Source: an uncultured candidate division Zixibacteria bacterium (lineage in GTDB: Bacteria; Zixibacteria; MSB-5A5; UBA10806). Taken from it: a stretch of DNA of 64,000 bases. Positions 31,625 through 41,800 of this stretch are shown piece by piece (the stretch's first letter is position 1; every line of letters begins with the position of its first letter). Under the pieces are notes generated by a model. That model had not been told where the DNA came from. It saw only the letters and a list, made by a program, of their open reading frames with translations, and did not search any database. The DNA is taken from the NCBI GenBank assembly GCA_963801605.1, contig CAWDFP010000006.1, positions 1,536,001 to 1,600,000 on the forward strand, given 5' to 3'. A program made the position numbers and the translations under genes.

Positions 31625-31882
31625 GTCCCCTTGCGGTATTGTAAGGGGGAGGTCCCGGGACCGATAATCCCGCCAGAAAGAAGGCGGGTAAACCCTTTAC
31701 AAGATGGGACCTGTCCTGACCTGCCTCCAGTTTCTCCTCTCTTTGGGGAGTCAAACTGACCTCCTGTGGGAGAAGCGATCCTGGCTGCCGGTTGAATCGA
31801 CGGCGATTCCGGGGGACCCCTGTGGATCCCGAGAGGACAGCCATCTGTAGGGAAGGTCTTGTGGCCACAATTGTCCTTCCAC
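31625..31882. other. GC-rich, highly self-complementary non-coding element (candidate ncRNA or degenerate REP mosaic)
   Basis: Several hairpins plus long-range pairing TACAAGATGG..CTGTCCT / AGGACAG.CCATCTGTA; no credible ORF. Confidence 0.45.
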
Positions 31883-32056
31883 TTATAAGCCTCTATAAAT
31901 CAAAATGCACTTTGAACGCGTTTTGGAGGATTTCAAGAGCGTGGAGGAAATTAGAGAAATCGGCGTTCACGGAGAGAGAGTTTTTTTCGAATTGGGCAAA
32001 AAGGGGAAGATGGCACTTAGAAAGAGACTAAATAACGTGTTTAGTATTAGATCGGT

Positions 32057-32095
32057 GTCGGTTTTCTCGTCCAAGGGACTCGGAACCCGACCTAC
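32057..32095 (-). repeat. GTAG REP-like hairpin
   Basis: Reverse complement reads GTAGGTCGGGTTCCGAGTCCCTTGGACGAGAAAACCGAC. Confidence 0.85.
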
Positions 32096-32241
32096 AGGGT
32101 TCTTTATATTAATTGAAAATCGATTTACTGAGAGTATGGAGGAATGTCTATAATTTAGCGTTCACGGAGAGAGAGTTTTTTTTGAACTTTGGAAAAAGTG
32201 CAGGATGGCTCACGGGAATTGACAAAATTTCGGGTTGAAAT

Positions 32242-32274
32242 AAAAAAGGCGACTATCCCCGAAGTCGCCTTTTT
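32242..32274. terminator. Bidirectional intrinsic terminator
   Basis: AAAAAAGGCGACT/AGTCGCCTTTTT, just downstream of the minus-strand ABC operon. Confidence 0.8.
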
Positions 32275-32299
32275 GTATTACCCCTTTAGAGAGAAATTA

Positions 32300-33330
32300 T
32301 CATTTAGGTTTTACAGCTGTCGGCGGTTTTGGCGCTTTGGGAATTTCGAACGGTGTAACAAATACGCGCTCGAAAACGCCTTTATTTACCTTATATACAG
32401 TGTTTTCGCCGCTGACCGTTACGTATCGATTGTCCAGCGTATCAATCTTATCGCTGAAATTAATAAGCGTGGCGTCGCCTAAAGAATCGCTAACCCAAAC
32501 GCTATAGGGCGGTTTATCGAGATTATGCAATGTGGCGTTGGCCGGATCAACTACGCCCTGGGCCATCAGACCGCTGATGGTGCTCTGTAATCCACGGATT
32601 TTACCATCATCAAGGATCGTGCCCTTTTTAGGCGCCACTTGCTCCCATGTTTTCGAGGGGGGACTCATACTATCGATCGGGGGCTGGCTCATCGAAGCGA
32701 ATTCGTAGTCAACCTTGGGAGTATGTACCTTGAAAGACGAGAGGTTATCGCGGTTTTTCTTAATGAGATAGAGGTTTATCCAGCGATCATTGGGAAGTTT
32801 CTTTTCCGGCGAGGCACCCCAGGCAGAAAATCGTGAGATGAAATTATTATCGGCCAGATAGACTTTAGGCGATCCCGGTACCCGAATAAAACAGCTTTTA
32901 CCGTCCGGGCCGCCCTTGCCGATATAAACATGCGCCAGAGTCGAATTATCCGCTCCCATTAGTTTTATCTGCAAGGCGCTCTGATCGGTTATCGCGAAAT
33001 CAGGATAGAGATCCTCGGTTTCCCCGCGAAGGGTTCCGCCGACCGTTGATAAATCGGTAATATCTGTTCGACATCCTTTGTTCTGGCCAGAGCGTTATAA
33101 GCGTTGGTCACCACCCAGTTGGTATCCCGTCTTGTGAATAGGAAACCCGAATCCGGATAGTCCTGTTTGAATACCTGAATTGCCTGCACCGCCTGCGGAT
33201 CGAAGGTGACTTTAAGTTCGGAGAAGCTTTTGAGGTCTTTCGAGGGATGGCTCAGGTTTTTCTGCAAGAAGAAAACGCCAACCAGTACGACAAATACTAT
33301 CAGCAGAATTAGAATCGTCTTTTGACTCAT
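32300..33330 (-). CDS. DUF4340-like membrane-anchored periplasmic protein (indel near 33040)
   Basis: N-terminal TM helix; YIGK.GPDGKSCFIR and RYVTVSGENTVYKV motifs; typical partner of GldG-like ABC systems. Confidence 0.75.
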
Positions 33331-33333
33331 GGC

Positions 33334-35814
33334 TTAGTTTCCTCCACCTGATTGTTCCAGCATGGCACGATAGAGTTGACGTCTCTTCTGTCTCATAAAC
33401 ATCCTGGTAATACCCAGAGTAATGATAACGGCCGGGGCCAACAGGATTGTGAAAAGCCTCCAGAATATCTTGCCGATAGGTGATGTTTCCTTGAGAAAGC
33501 GTACCTGGACCGATTTGCTGCTTATTTGAAGCAGGTCCTCGCTTAATGTCAGGCCCTCGACGGCCTTAAGGAGCAAATCCTCATGTGAAGGTTTCTGACC
33601 CTGATAATCGCCACCGGGAATAAACTGGTCGGAAAATATCTCGCTGGCGCCAATAAGCAGCAATTTGCCGGGCGCTTTTGAAATAGATGTTGCCATCGAA
33701 GGGGCCGGCACAGAATCAGGCTCATCCTGCCACTTGGGGGGCGCCTGGTTCTCATAGGGATCGGGGAATTGCCCCGTGACCATGACTGCCAGCGGCTGCT
33801 TGCCAATAAAGCTTCCGGGTTTGGAGTTTTCGGCATTCAGAGGCCCTCCACCGGAAAATTCGGATTCCCAGCTTTTGGAGCTGGAGGTAAACAGAACGGT
33901 TGAAGTCAATCCGAGGCTGTTTAGTTTGCCGGAATCAATCCTGAGCGGGGAACCCCAGAGATAGACCATCGGCCCCAGGTTGGAGGTAAAGGCGTAACTG
34001 GAATTCATATTTTCGGGTACGACTTTAATCTGTACCGGTGATTGAACATCGATATTGACCGGCAGGCTTATAAAACCGAGCGATTTCTGAGTTTGCATGC
34101 TAACGATCTGGTTTTGCTCATCCATCAGGATTTTATCGCCGATACCGAGTCCGTAGCGTGACAGCAAATCATTAACGGCCGGGTCTTCTTTACCGGGCAT
34201 AATCATGATATCGGTGCCTTTAAGAGGACTGTAATTGAACTTGTATTCCTGAGCGGCAATGATGACGTTCTTACCCGATGCCAGGGTTTTGGCAATTTCA
34301 TACTTTTGTCTCTCGGAGAGCGGGTCGGATGCAAAGACCACCAACGTTTTTAAATTGCCCGGCAATTTTTCCTTGGCGGAAAGATCTACTCGGGAAACAT
34401 TATAGCCGAGCTTTTTCAACGTTTCGGTCACATTCTTGAAGCGGTCAGTCTTGTCCGGGACCTGCTGTCCCATCTGCTGCATATAAGCGCGCATGCGCGG
34501 ATCGTTGTAACGTTGATCTACAGGATCATAGGGAGCGACTACCGCTACGCCGGCCTGGCCGGGCTGGGTCATGCGGAAAATGCGGGAGCAGATATCGTAT
34601 TCCAGTGTCGGCAGACTACCGGGCATCACCTGAGGAATCACATCGTCAGGCTTATCGAGATAGGCAATTGCCAACGATGAGTAAACTTTTTTTATGCCCA
34701 CCGCGTCTTTTTCAGTGGTTCGCAGAGTAAAGGGAGTGATTCCCTTTTGCTCCAATGTTTTGGTCATTTCCTCGTCGGCGGTAGGATCAATAACCTCGAA
34801 TTTTATTTTATCCGATATCTGGGCAAATTCGCCGAGTTTATCGGAGATGTCTCGCTGAAGGTCTTTCATGCCGGCCGGCATTTTTTCTTCAGGGGTCACA
34901 TAGTATCGCAATGTAACCTTGGTTTTTAAGCCTCTGAGAATATTTTTTGCCGACTTGCTGACAGTGTAGATTTTGCCCTGGGTCGTATCCAGCCGTCCCA
35001 GAGGCATGCGGAACAGCACCAGGTTGAGCATGGCCGCCACCGCTATCAGGATTATCGCCGAGGTGGCAAACTTGATATCGGCTTTACGGCGCATTCGCTG
35101 TTCTACGGTCAAGGCGTTTAGCACCAGGAAAACAGCAATCAACGCCAGGAAATAGATGATATCGTTGGGGGTGATAATACCCTTGTACATATTCTCGAAA
35201 CGATCCAGGGAGCCGAGCGATCTTTGCAGGATCGTTCCGAATCCGCCTACCCAGGAATCGAGTTGGGCTGCTACCGGGAGCCATCCCAGTAGATGGATTA
35301 TCAGGCAGCCGATTACCGCCATCACCCATGATGTTATTTGGTCTTTAAACAGTCCTGAGAAGAAAAGGCCGATAGCCGAATAAAGCCCTCCCAGGAAGAA
35401 CAACCCGAGATAGCCTCCAAAGATCGGTCCCCAGTCGGGACGGCCCAGGAATGAGATTGCAATCGGGATTGGCAGCGTGCCGACCAGGTAGAGTACATAA
35501 AAACCAAGTCCTGCCAGATATTTTCCCGCCACCAACTCGTAGGGTTTCATGGGAAGAGATTGCAGTAATGCTATCGATCCTGATTTCTGCTCGTCGGCCC
35601 AGAGCCTCATGGTTATGGCAGGCAGGAAGAAAAGCATCAGCCAGGAGTTGATCGTAAAGAAATCGCGCATCTCAGCCACTCCGGACGAGAAAAAGAAAAA
35701 GAACATATAGAAGCCGGAGCAGACTGCCAATATGGCGATAATGAAAATGTAGGCAATAGGGGAATTAAAATAGGATAAGAATTCCCGTTTGAAAATTGTT
35801 CCGATATTCTTCAT
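33334..35814 (-). CDS. Fused GldF-like ABC permease and GldG-like auxiliary domain
   Basis: REFLSYFNSPIAY, PAITMRLWADEQKSG; RLDTTQGKIYTVS, LEYDICSRI; C-terminal TM helix. Confidence 0.85.
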   Translation of the reverse strand: MKNIGTIFKREFLSYFNSPIAYIFIIAILAVCSGFYMFFFFFSSGVAEMRDFFTINSWLMLFFLPAITMRLWADEQKSGSIALLQSLPMKPYELVAGKYLAGLGFYVLYLVGTLPIPIAISFLGRPDWGPIFGGYLGLFFLGGLYSAIGLFFSGLFKDQITSWVMAVIGCLIIHLLGWLPVAAQLDSWVGGFGTILQRSLGSLDRFENMYKGIITPNDIIYFLALIAVFLVLNALTVEQRMRRKADIKFATSAIILIAVAAMLNLVLFRMPLGRLDTTQGKIYTVSKSAKNILRGLKTKVTLRYYVTPEEKMPAGMKDLQRDISDKLGEFAQISDKIKFEVIDPTADEEMTKTLEQKGITPFTLRTTEKDAVGIKKVYSSLAIAYLDKPDDVIPQVMPGSLPTLEYDICSRIFRMTQPGQAGVAVVAPYDPVDQRYNDPRMRAYMQQMGQQVPDKTDRFKNVTETLKKLGYNVSRVDLSAKEKLPGNLKTLVVFASDPLSERQKYEIAKTLASGKNVIIAAQEYKFNYSPLKGTDIMIMPGKEDPAVNDLLSRYGLGIGDKILMDEQNQIVSMQTQKSLGFISLPVNIDVQSPVQIKVVPENMNSSYAFTSNLGPMVYLWGSPLRIDSGKLNSLGLTSTVLFTSSSKSWESEFSGGGPLNAENSKPGSFIGKQPLAVMVTGQFPDPYENQAPPKWQDEPDSVPAPSMATSISKAPGKLLLIGASEIFSDQFIPGGDYQGQKPSHEDLLLKAVEGLTLSEDLLQISSKSVQVRFLKETSPIGKIFWRLFTILLAPAVIITLGITRMFMRQKRRQLYRAMLEQSGGGN

Positions 35815-35824
35815 CTGTGATCTC

Positions 35825-36793
35825 CTATGCCGCTTTCTCTTTAAGTGGGGATTTGGACACTCCCGATTTCACATAATATCGGAAAGCTTCTTCAAGCGAG
35901 GCGCGCTCGCGAGTGAACTCTTTGACCGGCCATTTGTTTTTGTAGATGAGATCGGTTAACTGTTCCCAAAGGCCGTCGCCTGACGGTGATTCTATCATGG
36001 CTTTGGCATAGCCGCTGAGTTCCGTGATATTAAAGTCAAAATCGGAATGGCTTTTTAAGCCGGTAAGGGCCTGTTTGAGGTCTGATGATCCCGTTTTGAC
36101 GGTAAGGGTAAAGCGTTGGCCCCGCGAAACCTTGGCCTCAAGCTGTTCGACTGTGCCGTCAGCAACGATATTACCCTCGGTGATAATTACGATGCGATCC
36201 GAAATAGCCTGGGCTTCCTGCAAAATATGAGTCGAAAATAAAATAGTTTTATCTTTGGCAATGGCCCTGATCAGTTCTCTGATTCCCATGATCTGAATCG
36301 GGTCCAAACCCGACGTCGGCTCATCGAGAATTAAAACCTCGGGATCATGGATTAGCGCCTGGGCCAGTCCGGTTCTTTGACCATATCCGCGGGAAAGGGT
36401 GCCAACCGGCGTGCGGTAAACCGATCTGAGACTGCAGGCATGCACGACATAATCAACCCTTTGCTTCAGGGCCGGACCGTCCAGACCGCGGGCTTTTCCC
36501 ACGAAATCAAGATATTCGGCAACCTCCATTTCGGGATAAAGCGGAGGACTTTCGGGGAGATACCCGACTCTGCGCCTGACTTCAATCGGTTCTTTCAGGA
36601 TATCGAATCCGGCCACCTTAGCTTGTCCCGCGGTGGGTACAATCTGGGTGGTGAGGATTTTCATAGTGGTGGTTTTGCCGGCGCCGTTGGGGCCAAGCAG
36701 ACCCAATACTTCGCCTCTCTTGGCCTTGAAGGAGGCGTCTGCCAATGCGACCACCGGACCGTAGCTCATGCATAAACCGTCGGCTTCGACCAT
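35825..36793 (-). CDS. GldA-like ABC transporter ATP-binding protein
   Basis: GPNGAGKTT, LSRGYGQR, LILDEPTSGLDP, STH. Confidence 0.93.
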   Translation of the reverse strand: MVEADGLCMSYGPVVALADASFKAKRGEVLGLLGPNGAGKTTTMKILTTQIVPTAGQAKVAGFDILKEPIEVRRRVGYLPESPPLYPEMEVAEYLDFVGKARGLDGPALKQRVDYVVHACSLRSVYRTPVGTLSRGYGQRTGLAQALIHDPEVLILDEPTSGLDPIQIMGIRELIRAIAKDKTILFSTHILQEAQAISDRIVIITEGNIVADGTVEQLEAKVSRGQRFTLTVKTGSSDLKQALTGLKSHSDFDFNITELSGYAKAMIESPSGDGLWEQLTDLIYKNKWPVKEFTRERASLEEAFRYYVKSGVSKSPLKEKAA

Positions 36794-36945
36794 AATGCTA
36801 TACCCTCTTGTTCAATTGTGAATGGTTTTCCATCTTTATCCGCATCATAACATATCAGAATTAAGTATACCGCTAAGGATATTCAAAGTTCGTCAAAATA
36901 TTAAATAAACCAAAAAAAATCCACTATTAAATGGGAGCTAATTCC

Positions 36946-37022
36946 GTATGCCTCAGGATGTCACTTTGTTTCCATCCTGAGGCATAATATAAGTTAGCGG
37001 TCGGGTGAAGGCACCCGACCGC
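36946..37022 (+). repeat. Two REP-like hairpins
   Basis: GTATGCCTCAGGATG..CATCCTGAGGCAT and TAGCGGTCGGGTG..CACCCGACCGC. Confidence 0.65.
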
Positions 37023-37045
37023 ATTTAATTAGCATATATTAGAAT

Positions 37046-37320
37046 CTAATCCTTAACGCAGCGAACCGAAAACCCGGATCGCATATTGTCATAGCCTCGG
37101 TAAGCTTCTGAACGATTGGACTGCAGGGCTTGGTTCCATGCATTGCTACTATAGCTATGGTTCTCAGTAGAAGACCAAAAGAAAGCGTATCCACCCATAT
37201 CGTGGCAACCCCCATCGACGTGACGGCAGCCGCCGGGCAACGCGGAAAAACCGCTTTCGTTGGTGGCTCCGTAATTTGGAGCTTGCCAAAAAGTGGTTCC
37301 CGTTATTCATGCCGCCATGC
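37046..37320 (-). pseudogene. C-terminal remnant of a Fibrobacter succinogenes major paralogous (FISUMP) domain gene
   Basis: TGTTFWQAPNYGATNESGFSALPGG.R...FFWSSTE...AW...GFSVRCVKD; the upstream part is missing and a stop precedes it in frame. Confidence 0.8.
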
Positions 37321-37461
37321 ACCCCAATTGCTTGAGATTACTGCCAATCGAACCACATTACTGCGCATTCTCCATTGCGCATTCGCTCTGCAATCGATAT
37401 ATTTTTGCCCCTGGCGATGCAATTAATGTGTTGGAATTGAAATATTCGAAAAGAGGTAAAT

Positions 37462-38739
37462 GTGCACGGCGAAAATAAGAAGAACTGGTGGAAATCGGCC
37501 CTGCCGAACTGTAAACCCCAAACGAGGGTCCTGACCGTCGGATACGATCCGGGCCTGTCCGAAATGTCGGCCAAGGTCCCGATCTTTCCAACCTCGACAT
37601 TCCTATTCAAAACCGCGGAGGACGGCGAGCGCTTTTTCCATCTGCAAAACCACCCCGAGGATAGGGGTCCCGATGACGATCTCGGCCTGATCTATTCCCG
37701 CATGAACAATCCCAATATGGAGATTGTCGAGGATAAGATGCTGGTTCTCGAACCGGGCGCCGAAGCCGCCGCCGTGCTGCCATCGGGTATGTCGGCCATA
37801 TCGACCATGTGTTTGGCTCTCCTCAAACCGGGCGACCTTATTATCTACTCCGCCCCCGTTTACGGCGGCACCGAGCATTTTTTCCATGATATTCTTTCAA
37901 AATTCGGCATAAAGGCTGTTCCCGTTTATGGCCCTGATCCCGCCGAATATAAATTAGCGTTGGATGCTAATAAAGACAGTGTCGCTATGGTATTTTTGGA
38001 AACCCCGGCTAACCCCACCATGGCCCAGACCGATATCGAGGCAATCGTAAAACTAACAGGCCAATATAAAGGCGCAAACGGACATATTCTGGTGGTTGCC
38101 GATAACACCTTCCTGGGGCCGGTTTTCCAGCATTGTTTCCCTCTGGGAGTCGATTTGGTAGTCTACTCGGCCACCAAGTTTTTAGGCGGCCACTCCGATC
38201 TCATTGGGGGATTTGTTTTGGGCCGTAAGGCAGAGCTTATTAAAGTCAAATCGTTCCGCTCGGTTTTAGGAGCGACCACCGATCCTTTCTGCTGCTGGCT
38301 GATGTCACGTTCTCTGGAGACGGTCGAGCTTCGCATGCGTCAATGCGCCGAAAACGCCAAGGAAGTAGCGGGATTTCTGAACACTCATCCCAATATCACC
38401 AAAGTTATTTATCCGGGTCTCCTTAAAGAATGTGATCCGGAATACAAAATTTATAAAAAGCAATCCAGCGGACCGGGTTCGCTGATTTCCTTCTATGTTA
38501 AGGGCGGCAAGAAGGAGGCATTCGAGGTCCTGAACAATGTCAAAATTTGCCGGTTGGCGGTCAGCCTGGGCGGAACAGAGACCCTGATCGAGCATCCACG
38601 CAGGCATACCCATGCCAGTGTACCGGAGGAAATGTGCCAGAAGGTTGGTTTGACTGATTCAATGATCAGGATTTCTATCGGCCTTGAGGCACCCTGCGAT
38701 TTGATCGATGATCTTAAGCAGGCTTTGGATAGAATTTAA
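37462..38739 (+). CDS. Cys/Met metabolism PLP enzyme (methionine gamma-lyase / cystathionine gamma-synthase family)
   Basis: YSRMNNPN, SGMSAI, LETPANP, DNTF, SATKFLGGHSD (PLP Lys), AVSLGGTETL. Confidence 0.92.
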   Translation: MHGENKKNWWKSALPNCKPQTRVLTVGYDPGLSEMSAKVPIFPTSTFLFKTAEDGERFFHLQNHPEDRGPDDDLGLIYSRMNNPNMEIVEDKMLVLEPGAEAAAVLPSGMSAISTMCLALLKPGDLIIYSAPVYGGTEHFFHDILSKFGIKAVPVYGPDPAEYKLALDANKDSVAMVFLETPANPTMAQTDIEAIVKLTGQYKGANGHILVVADNTFLGPVFQHCFPLGVDLVVYSATKFLGGHSDLIGGFVLGRKAELIKVKSFRSVLGATTDPFCCWLMSRSLETVELRMRQCAENAKEVAGFLNTHPNITKVIYPGLLKECDPEYKIYKKQSSGPGSLISFYVKGGKKEAFEVLNNVKICRLAVSLGGTETLIEHPRRHTHASVPEEMCQKVGLTDSMIRISIGLEAPCDLIDDLKQALDRI

Positions 38740-38760
38740 TAGAATAAGCAGCATTTATAG

Positions 38761-38786
38761 AGGGCTCGTCGGAGCCCTTTTTTTAT
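38761..38786 (+). terminator. Intrinsic terminator
   Basis: AGGGCTC/GAGCCCT stem followed by a T-run. Confidence 0.8.
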
Positions 38787-38890
38787 TTCGCAGGAAAAAA
38801 CTCTTTGATTTTCAGGGGATTTTGGCTAAACTATCGGATACTGTTTGACACAATTTAATAGACGATGATCGAACCGGGGGAGGGAGCATC

Positions 38891-40222
38891 ATGAGTATCA
38901 ACAGACTTACGCTGATTTTGGCGGCTGGAGCATTGATTATTTTATCACCTCTGAATTCCTACGCCGTTCCAAGTTATGCCCGTCAAACAAACTTAGCCTG
39001 CAAGACGTGCCATTATCTTTTTCCGGAGTTGAATTCGTTTGGACGATTGTTCAAGCTTCACGGCTATACCCAGGTTGGAACCGATGTTATTGAAGCTAAG
39101 AATAGCAAAGACAAAACCTCGCTGAGCCTTCTGAAAATTCCTCCTCTTTCCGGAATGCTGCAGGCGACTTTCAATCATTTGAATACCGGAATTCCCGGCA
39201 CTCAGAATAATGACGTTAATTTTCCGGAGCAGTTGAGTTTCTTTTTCGCGGGGCAGGTAACGCCAAATTTCGGGGCATTCGTACAGTATACATACGCGGT
39301 TGAGGGCGCCTCGTTCAATCTCGATCTGGTGGATATTCGTTTTGCCAATGAAACGGAGCTTGGCTCAAAAGATTTGGTTTACGGAGCGACTTTAAATGAT
39401 AATCCCACTATTCAGGATGTATGGAATAGCACCCCTATCTGGGGTTTCCCTTACGCGGCCTCATCGATTACCCCAGGGCCATCGGCATCAACCATAATCG
39501 AGGGAGGTTTGGAGCGCCAGGTGGCCGGACTGGGTGTTTATGCTCTCTGGAACAGACTGATTTACGGCGAGTTTGATCTGTATCGGTCAGCGCCGCAAGG
39601 AGGCGATCATCCGCCGGATTCAACGTCGGAGCGAATCATTAAGAAATTGGCTCCGTATTGGCGAATAGCTCTTCAAAAACAGTGGCCGGGACAATATTTG
39701 TCGGTGGGCGCTTATGGAATCTCTGCCAGGTTATTTCCCACCGGGGTTAGCGGCCTGACCGACCGCTTTAACGATCTGGCGTTTGATTGTCAATATGAGC
39801 GCATGGTTGGCGACGGCAATTTTACGGCGCATGGCACATATATTCACGAGAAGCAGAATCTGACGGCCACATTTTCGGATGACGGTTCTACAAATAAGAT
39901 AATCAAATTGAACACGTTAAGGCTCAACGCCAATTATTATTTCGAAAGTTACGTCGGAGTTTCCCTGGGATACTTTTCAACGACCGGCACCAAGGACCAA
40001 ATATTATATGCATCTGCGCCGGTTTTCGGGAGCCGGTTGGGCAGCCCCAATAGCGATGGAGTCATAGCCGAACTTGATTTTGTCCCCTGGCTAAACACGA
40101 AATTTTCCATTCAATACGCAATTTATGATAAATTTAACGGCGCCAAGAAAAACTATGACGGTTTCGGAAGAAACGCATCCGATAACAACACGCTGTACCT
40201 GCTGTCATGGTTCGCTATGTAA
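38891..40222 (+). CDS. cyc2: Cyc2-like fused monoheme cytochrome c / outer-membrane porin
   Basis: Signal peptide then AVPSYARQTNLACKTCHYLFPELNSFGRLFKLHGY, matching the Cyc2 N-terminal signature; the remainder is beta-strand-like and ends LYLLSWFAM. Confidence 0.85.
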   Translation: MSINRLTLILAAGALIILSPLNSYAVPSYARQTNLACKTCHYLFPELNSFGRLFKLHGYTQVGTDVIEAKNSKDKTSLSLLKIPPLSGMLQATFNHLNTGIPGTQNNDVNFPEQLSFFFAGQVTPNFGAFVQYTYAVEGASFNLDLVDIRFANETELGSKDLVYGATLNDNPTIQDVWNSTPIWGFPYAASSITPGPSASTIIEGGLERQVAGLGVYALWNRLIYGEFDLYRSAPQGGDHPPDSTSERIIKKLAPYWRIALQKQWPGQYLSVGAYGISARLFPTGVSGLTDRFNDLAFDCQYERMVGDGNFTAHGTYIHEKQNLTATFSDDGSTNKIIKLNTLRLNANYYFESYVGVSLGYFSTTGTKDQILYASAPVFGSRLGSPNSDGVIAELDFVPWLNTKFSIQYAIYDKFNGAKKNYDGFGRNASDNNTLYLLSWFAM

Positions 40223-40249
40223 TCGATATTAATAAAGAAGGAGAATGAA

Positions 40250-40813
40250 ATGAAAAAATCAGTACTTATCATGGTGATATTGCTGGCCATCGTGCCGGTT
40301 TACTTGTCGTCACAATTGCTGGCGCAAGAAAAAATGGGCTCATCCGAAAAAAAGATGGCCAAACTTGATACATCAAAGGTTAAGGCCGAAACTAAGAAGG
40401 ATGATATGGCCATGCCCGCCATGAAAGATTCAACCAAGGCCGGTGAAAAATCCTCGCATAAATCCGATGACAAAGGGATAGGTCCCATCAAGGAGCTAAA
40501 GTTGGGTCCGATTGATACGTCGATGGTTTCCAAGGGACAGGCGCTGTTCCAAAGTCAGTGCGTAACCTGTCATCAATTAGATAAGAAAAAGATAGGCCCG
40601 CCGCTTCGCAACGTAACCGATCAAATGACTCCCGAATTTATCATGAATATGATCCTGAATACTGACATCATGGAAAAGAAAGATCCCGAGGTTAAAAAGC
40701 TGATCTCGGAATATGGCACCTATATGTCGGTATTGGATATCAAGCCGGATCAGGCTCGTCAACTGTTGGAATTTTTGAGATGGGCAGGCAAACAACCGCC
40801 AAATAAAAAGTAG
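40250..40813 (+). CDS. Periplasmic monoheme class I cytochrome c with Lys/Met-rich linker
   Basis: Signal peptide; KGQALFQSQCVTCH..IGPPL; distal Met region YGTYM; 27 nt after the cyc2-like gene. Confidence 0.88.
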   Translation: MKKSVLIMVILLAIVPVYLSSQLLAQEKMGSSEKKMAKLDTSKVKAETKKDDMAMPAMKDSTKAGEKSSHKSDDKGIGPIKELKLGPIDTSMVSKGQALFQSQCVTCHQLDKKKIGPPLRNVTDQMTPEFIMNMILNTDIMEKKDPEVKKLISEYGTYMSVLDIKPDQARQLLEFLRWAGKQPPNKK

Positions 40814-40944
40814 TTATTTTATCTATTTTTAATATTAATTCAGAGCGTAGTCGAGGCGGCATCCGATTATGGCGCAATTTTCCTTGAAAATGCGTTCAGG
40901 ATCGCTATTTTGACTAATCTGAACATATCGAAGGGAGATATCGC

Positions 40945-41800
40945 ATGCTGTTAGGCGCGCACATGTCTATTGCAGGAGGGGTATATAACGCCCTTTTAGA
41001 TGGTGAAAAGGTTGGCTGTACCACAATTCAAATCTTTACCAAATCGAGTAACCAGTGGCGGGCAAAGGAGCTTGGCGACGATGAAGTTAGCCCGCTATCA
41101 CGCCGAACAAAAAAGGACAGGTATTTCCCCGGTTGTAGCGCATGATTCATATCTGATAAATCTCTGCTCGCCGGACGATACCCTGCTTGAAAAATCACGC
41201 CAGGCATTTTTGATCGAGATGACCAGGTGCGAAAAGCTGAAGATTCCGTATTTGGTTACTCATCCCGGCGGCCACATGGGACAAGGCGAAGAAGAGGGCC
41301 TGAAGAAGATCGCCGAATCTCTCAATTGGCTCCATGAGAAATCGCCTAATTTCAAAGTCAAGGTTGCGCTGGAAAGCACCGCCGGCCAGGGGACAGGTCT
41401 CGGTTACCGATTCGAACAATTAGCGCGGATGATCGAGCTTTGCTCTCAACCGGAGCGGGTCATGGTATGTCTCGATACCTGCCATATTTTCGCGGCCGGT
41501 TATGATATCACAACTCAGGAGAGTTACAATAAAACGTTTTCGGAGTTCGACCGTATAATAGGCCTGAAGCGCCTGGCGGCAATTCACCTAAACGACTCCA
41601 AAAAGGGTCTCGGTTCGCGGGTGGATCGTCACGAGCATATCGGCAAGGGGACTATCGGAGAAAAGCCTTTCGGATTCATTATGAAAGATAAGCGGCTTGA
41701 TAAGATCCCCAAACTTTTGGAAACCCCCAAGGAAAATGAAATGGATTCAGTCAATCTGGGTATCCTCCGAAAGTTAGCGGGGGCAAGCGGCAAAAAATGA
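40945..41800 (+). CDS. nfo: Endonuclease IV (indel near 41090)
   Basis: LGAHMSIAGG, AHDSYLINL, HPG, LESTAGQG, CLDTCH, HLNDSK, DRHEHIG, LETP. Confidence 0.95.

Noticed and set aside
31700..31860. Cobalamin riboswitch (GACCTGCC and GCCA..GGGAAGG words)
   Set aside because: The motifs are in the wrong order and no gene lies downstream on that strand
31590..32153. Short ORFs across the structured intergenic region
   Set aside because: No SD or protein motifs; they run through hairpins and REP copies
37330..37460. SAM or T-box leader upstream of the Cys/Met lyase
   Set aside because: No SAM-I core or T-box motif is visible in the short upstream region
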